Shown in pieces: positions 60,851 through 64,000 of a stretch of DNA of 64,000 nucleotides. Position numbers and translations under genes: made by a program. Origin of the DNA: Vicugna vicugna (lineage: Eukaryota); NCBI GenBank assembly GCA_013265495.1, contig MU058423.1:4634793-4698792 (forward strand), in the 5' to 3' direction. The notes under the pieces are model-generated. The model had not been told where the DNA came from. It saw only the letters and a program-made list of their open reading frames with translations, and did no database searches. Position 1 is the first letter of the stretch; each line of letters starts with the position of its first letter.

Positions 60851-62380
60851 AGAATGAGGAAATATAGTATATTTGCTTAACATAGTACAGATGGCTCCTA
60901 TTTAATGTAAGTTATACTTCAATAAATTTGACTTTAAAAAGAAAACTATGCCTACAGTGTGATAAATACTACACTAAAGGTAATAAGGACTCTTAATGTA
61001 GTTCTGTGTGGATGAAAGGTTTTCCAGAAATCCTCTTCCTATTTGATAGCTGTAGGAAGAATAAGTTTGGATAGACAGAGGGAGAAGAGTGTTTCTGGTA
61101 GAGAGACTATTATGAGCCTGACACATTTAGCCAGCTGGTGTTTCAGTAGATTTGGGGGATAGAATGTGAGGTGCAGATACTGAAATATGGAACTAGAAAA
61201 GATCAGATGATGAAAGGGCTCCTAGCAGGACCTTGAGAATCAAAATCTCCTTATTGTCACCCTGGGTGCCTCTCTGGCCTCACCCTCATCCCTGCCATGC
61301 TTGTAAGCCATGCTATGGAGTCTTGGATTTTCCTTAAGAATCTTTTATTTTTTCACTGTGTACGGATAGGTTGAAAAGTAGATACTCTGCCCTGGGGGCA
61401 GAGGAACAGATTTGGATGTCTTCCCGTTTGAATCTTCCAAGGTACGCCTAGATCACGTGGTAGTGCCCCTGCTGGGAGAAAGAGAGGAATTACAAATACA
61501 GAAGGTCTCCAAGATGTCGAGCAGGGTACTGACCATTGGTTACCAGTCCCAGGGGAGGAATTAAACTACATGAAGGATAATAAAGATCATCACTATGCCA
61601 GTTACCAGAAAAAGAAATCCAAACCCTTCTGCCCATCGTATCTTGGTATTGGAGTCGCCAAGGAAAACCAAGGAAGACAGAAACAACATGTTACTTACTA
61701 GAGAATAGTGGGCATCTGTCTGTCCCCCATAGCTGACAGGGCAGTCTGCCTACGTGCACACCTCTCCTGCTGTAGTGGAAGGAACTCTGTCCCCTTTCCA
61801 AACAGGACAGATACCGCAGCGGGGCTGGCCAGTGCCAAACAGTACACACCTTTTAAGCATAACAAAAGGGCACTGATTGAGTCAGAAACAAACAAAGGCA
61901 TCCTCACACAGGGCGATAAGCTCGGCCCAGGCTGTGCTCTTTGCCTCTTGGTACAAAGTATTCCAGGCTCAAGACCCTTTCTTACGCAGCTCAGCGGGAG
62001 CTGAAAGACTGCCTGGGAGACAGCCTTCCCCAGCGGGAGAAAAGTAGCCTCGAGGCTTTTACGAAGGCAGTGGAGGCTCTGTGGCTAAATCCACGCCTCA
62101 GGTTCTGTTTGAAGTGTGCCTCTGACTCCGAAGGCCCGAGAGGGATGGACCAGGGTGGGACCGAGTGAGAGGAAGCTGGATGCTGGTTGCTGGCTGTTGA
62201 GTACTTACTCCCGTTGGCACGGGCGCGGTCACATCCAGGTTTCCTTCTGTGTCAGTTCACTTACCTCCCAGCATTAGAAAGATGACAGAAGCCCTCCTAT
62301 GGAATTCTGTCCCAGAATTTGGCTTTAGGGGCCAAGGACAGCAGCCCTGTAAGAAGATTTTGAAGATAATCTCACTAAGT

Positions 62381-62874
62381 TAGGCATACCTTGTATGATT
62401 GCACTTCCCTTTAACATGCTTTTCAGATATTGACTATCCTCACCCATTGAAGGTTTGTGGCAACCCTGCGTCCAGCAAGTCTATTGGTCCCACTTTTCCA
62501 ATAGCATTTGCTCACTTTGTGTCTCTGAGTCACTCAGTCATCCTCACCATATTTCAGTATATTTTCGGTATATTACATTATTATTATATTTGTTATATTG
62601 ATCTGCGACCAGTGATTTTTGATCTTACTATTATGACTCATTGATGGCTCAGATGATAGTTAGCATTTTTTAATGATAAAATATTTTTAATTAAGGTATG
62701 TACATTTTTTAAAAAGATACAACGCTATTGCACACTTAATAGACTGCAGTATAGTGTAAATATAGTTTGGTATACACTGGGAAACCAGAAAATTCGTGTG
62801 ACTTTCTTTATCGTGATATTTGCTTTATTCCTGTGGTCTGGACCTGAATGCACAATATTTCTGAGGTATGCCTG
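62381..62874 (+). mobile_element. Tigger1 internal-deletion derivative (Tc1/mariner-pogo MITE-like)
   Basis: Terminal inverted repeats AGGCATACCT...AGGTATGCCTG followed by TA. Left-end text TTGAAGGTTTGTGGCAACCCTGCGTCCAGCAAGTCTATTGG is joined near 62632 to right-end text GGCTCAGATGATAGTTAGCATTTTT. Confidence 0.92.
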
Positions 62875-64000
62875 TAAAGGTTTTCATGCTTATTTTTCTA
62901 ATTTATTTCTTTTTAACATTCTCAGCAATTTTAATCATTTCTTATCACGTTGATCATCATTCAATTCCCCTAGTTTGCCAATACACTTCTTAAAATTTTC
63001 TTGCCTTAGTTGGTTAACCAAATAGTGCCTGGTTCTTGGGGAAACACCGCATCACTGATATGATGTCTTGTGCAAAGCAGAGTAGAACCAGTTCTGCCCT
63101 TGTTCTAGACCTACTGTAGTCCCCTAGGCTTATGTTAGTTGTTTTTTTTTTTCCCTACGACTCAAAACACACTTTATTCTAGATAGCAACTCTGTGGAGT
63201 AAGATAGATTTGAGGGAAGGAGGATATGGGCTGTTACCATCTATAACGAAAACCAAGAAGACTCAAATGATCAACTGTAAAATACCTTTAGCTTATTTAC
63301 CCGTCTCCAAAATACATTATTAAAAAGCCTACTTGAATGGAAACATTTTTTAGATACATTTGATTCTTCATATTTAGTGACTTAGTTAAATGAAAACAAA
63401 GAGAAGCCAAACATGTAAGACAACATAGAAATTTAAGTACATGCTGTTAAACACTATCTCAGGGCTATCACTCAGTTGGAAACAAACGGAACGTTCCTTT
63501 CCTTCCTTCCTGTTTTGTTAATATAATAAAACCTATCTTTTTGATGCAAATTAGGAAAATTTCTTCAGTTAAGAAGTCCAGACTTGTTTCTTTGACTTAC
63601 TTTCTTCTTTGGCTTATTTATTCTGCTGAATTTCAGTGGTTCATAAAAGTTATATTTCCAACTCATTTCCTTTTTTTCCCTAGAAAATAACTTAGTAACA
63701 AAAGGAAAGTTATTAAGCTGGGAATAATGCCCCTGAAATCTGTGTGTTCTTTTACTTTAGTCTAAAAATGTGAGATACCCATTCATGACAAGCAGTGAGG
63801 AATATACAAACAGAAGGTCATTTGATGGCTTGTGTTATTTTACTTCTTTGAAAAATAAGCTTCCAGCAACAGTCTTTATATGTGAATTTCCTCGGAAGGA
63901 TGTCTCTATCAATTTGGTGAGGTTTTGAAAAAAAGGCCCCTATTATCAGGGTCTGTGTTTCCAGGGCTAGTCTGTCCTGATGGAGGACCCTCTTGAAGCC

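Noticed and set aside
1..64000. CRISPR array, prokaryotic operon, numt or endogenous viral gene
   Set aside because: No regularly spaced repeats, no long ORFs, and no mitochondrial or viral protein motifs seen; composition and repeat content are typical of eutherian non-coding DNA.

Overview
Mammalian non-coding DNA, intronic or intergenic, AT-rich and CpG-depleted overall. It is most likely from a camelid (alpaca, llama or camel), because it carries two tRNA-Ala-derived SINEs matching my recollection of the Tylopoda-specific Vic-1 family. I found no supportable host protein-coding exon, RNA gene or CRISPR array; the listed ORFs are decayed LINE-1 fragments or chance frames. Much of the window is interspersed repeat: two internally deleted LINE-1s lying tail-to-tail (16.1-26.1 kb), an orphan L1 5'UTR, older L1/HAL1 fragments, many L2, MIR and CR1 fossils, MaLR/ERV solo LTRs (several with target-site duplications), a Tigger1 deletion derivative, and a long fossil hAT/Charlie transposase fragmented by nested insertions (about 36.5-40.7 kb). 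The most notable oddities are a tandem duplication containing a 27-bp templated insertion copied from about 720 bp upstream, an anomalously CpG-rich L2 with promoter-type motifs, and several repeat-free, motif-dense blocks resembling conserved enhancers. I do not see convincing evidence of a new biological system. Repeat family names come from memory of consensus sequences, and boundaries are approximate unless a TSD is quoted.
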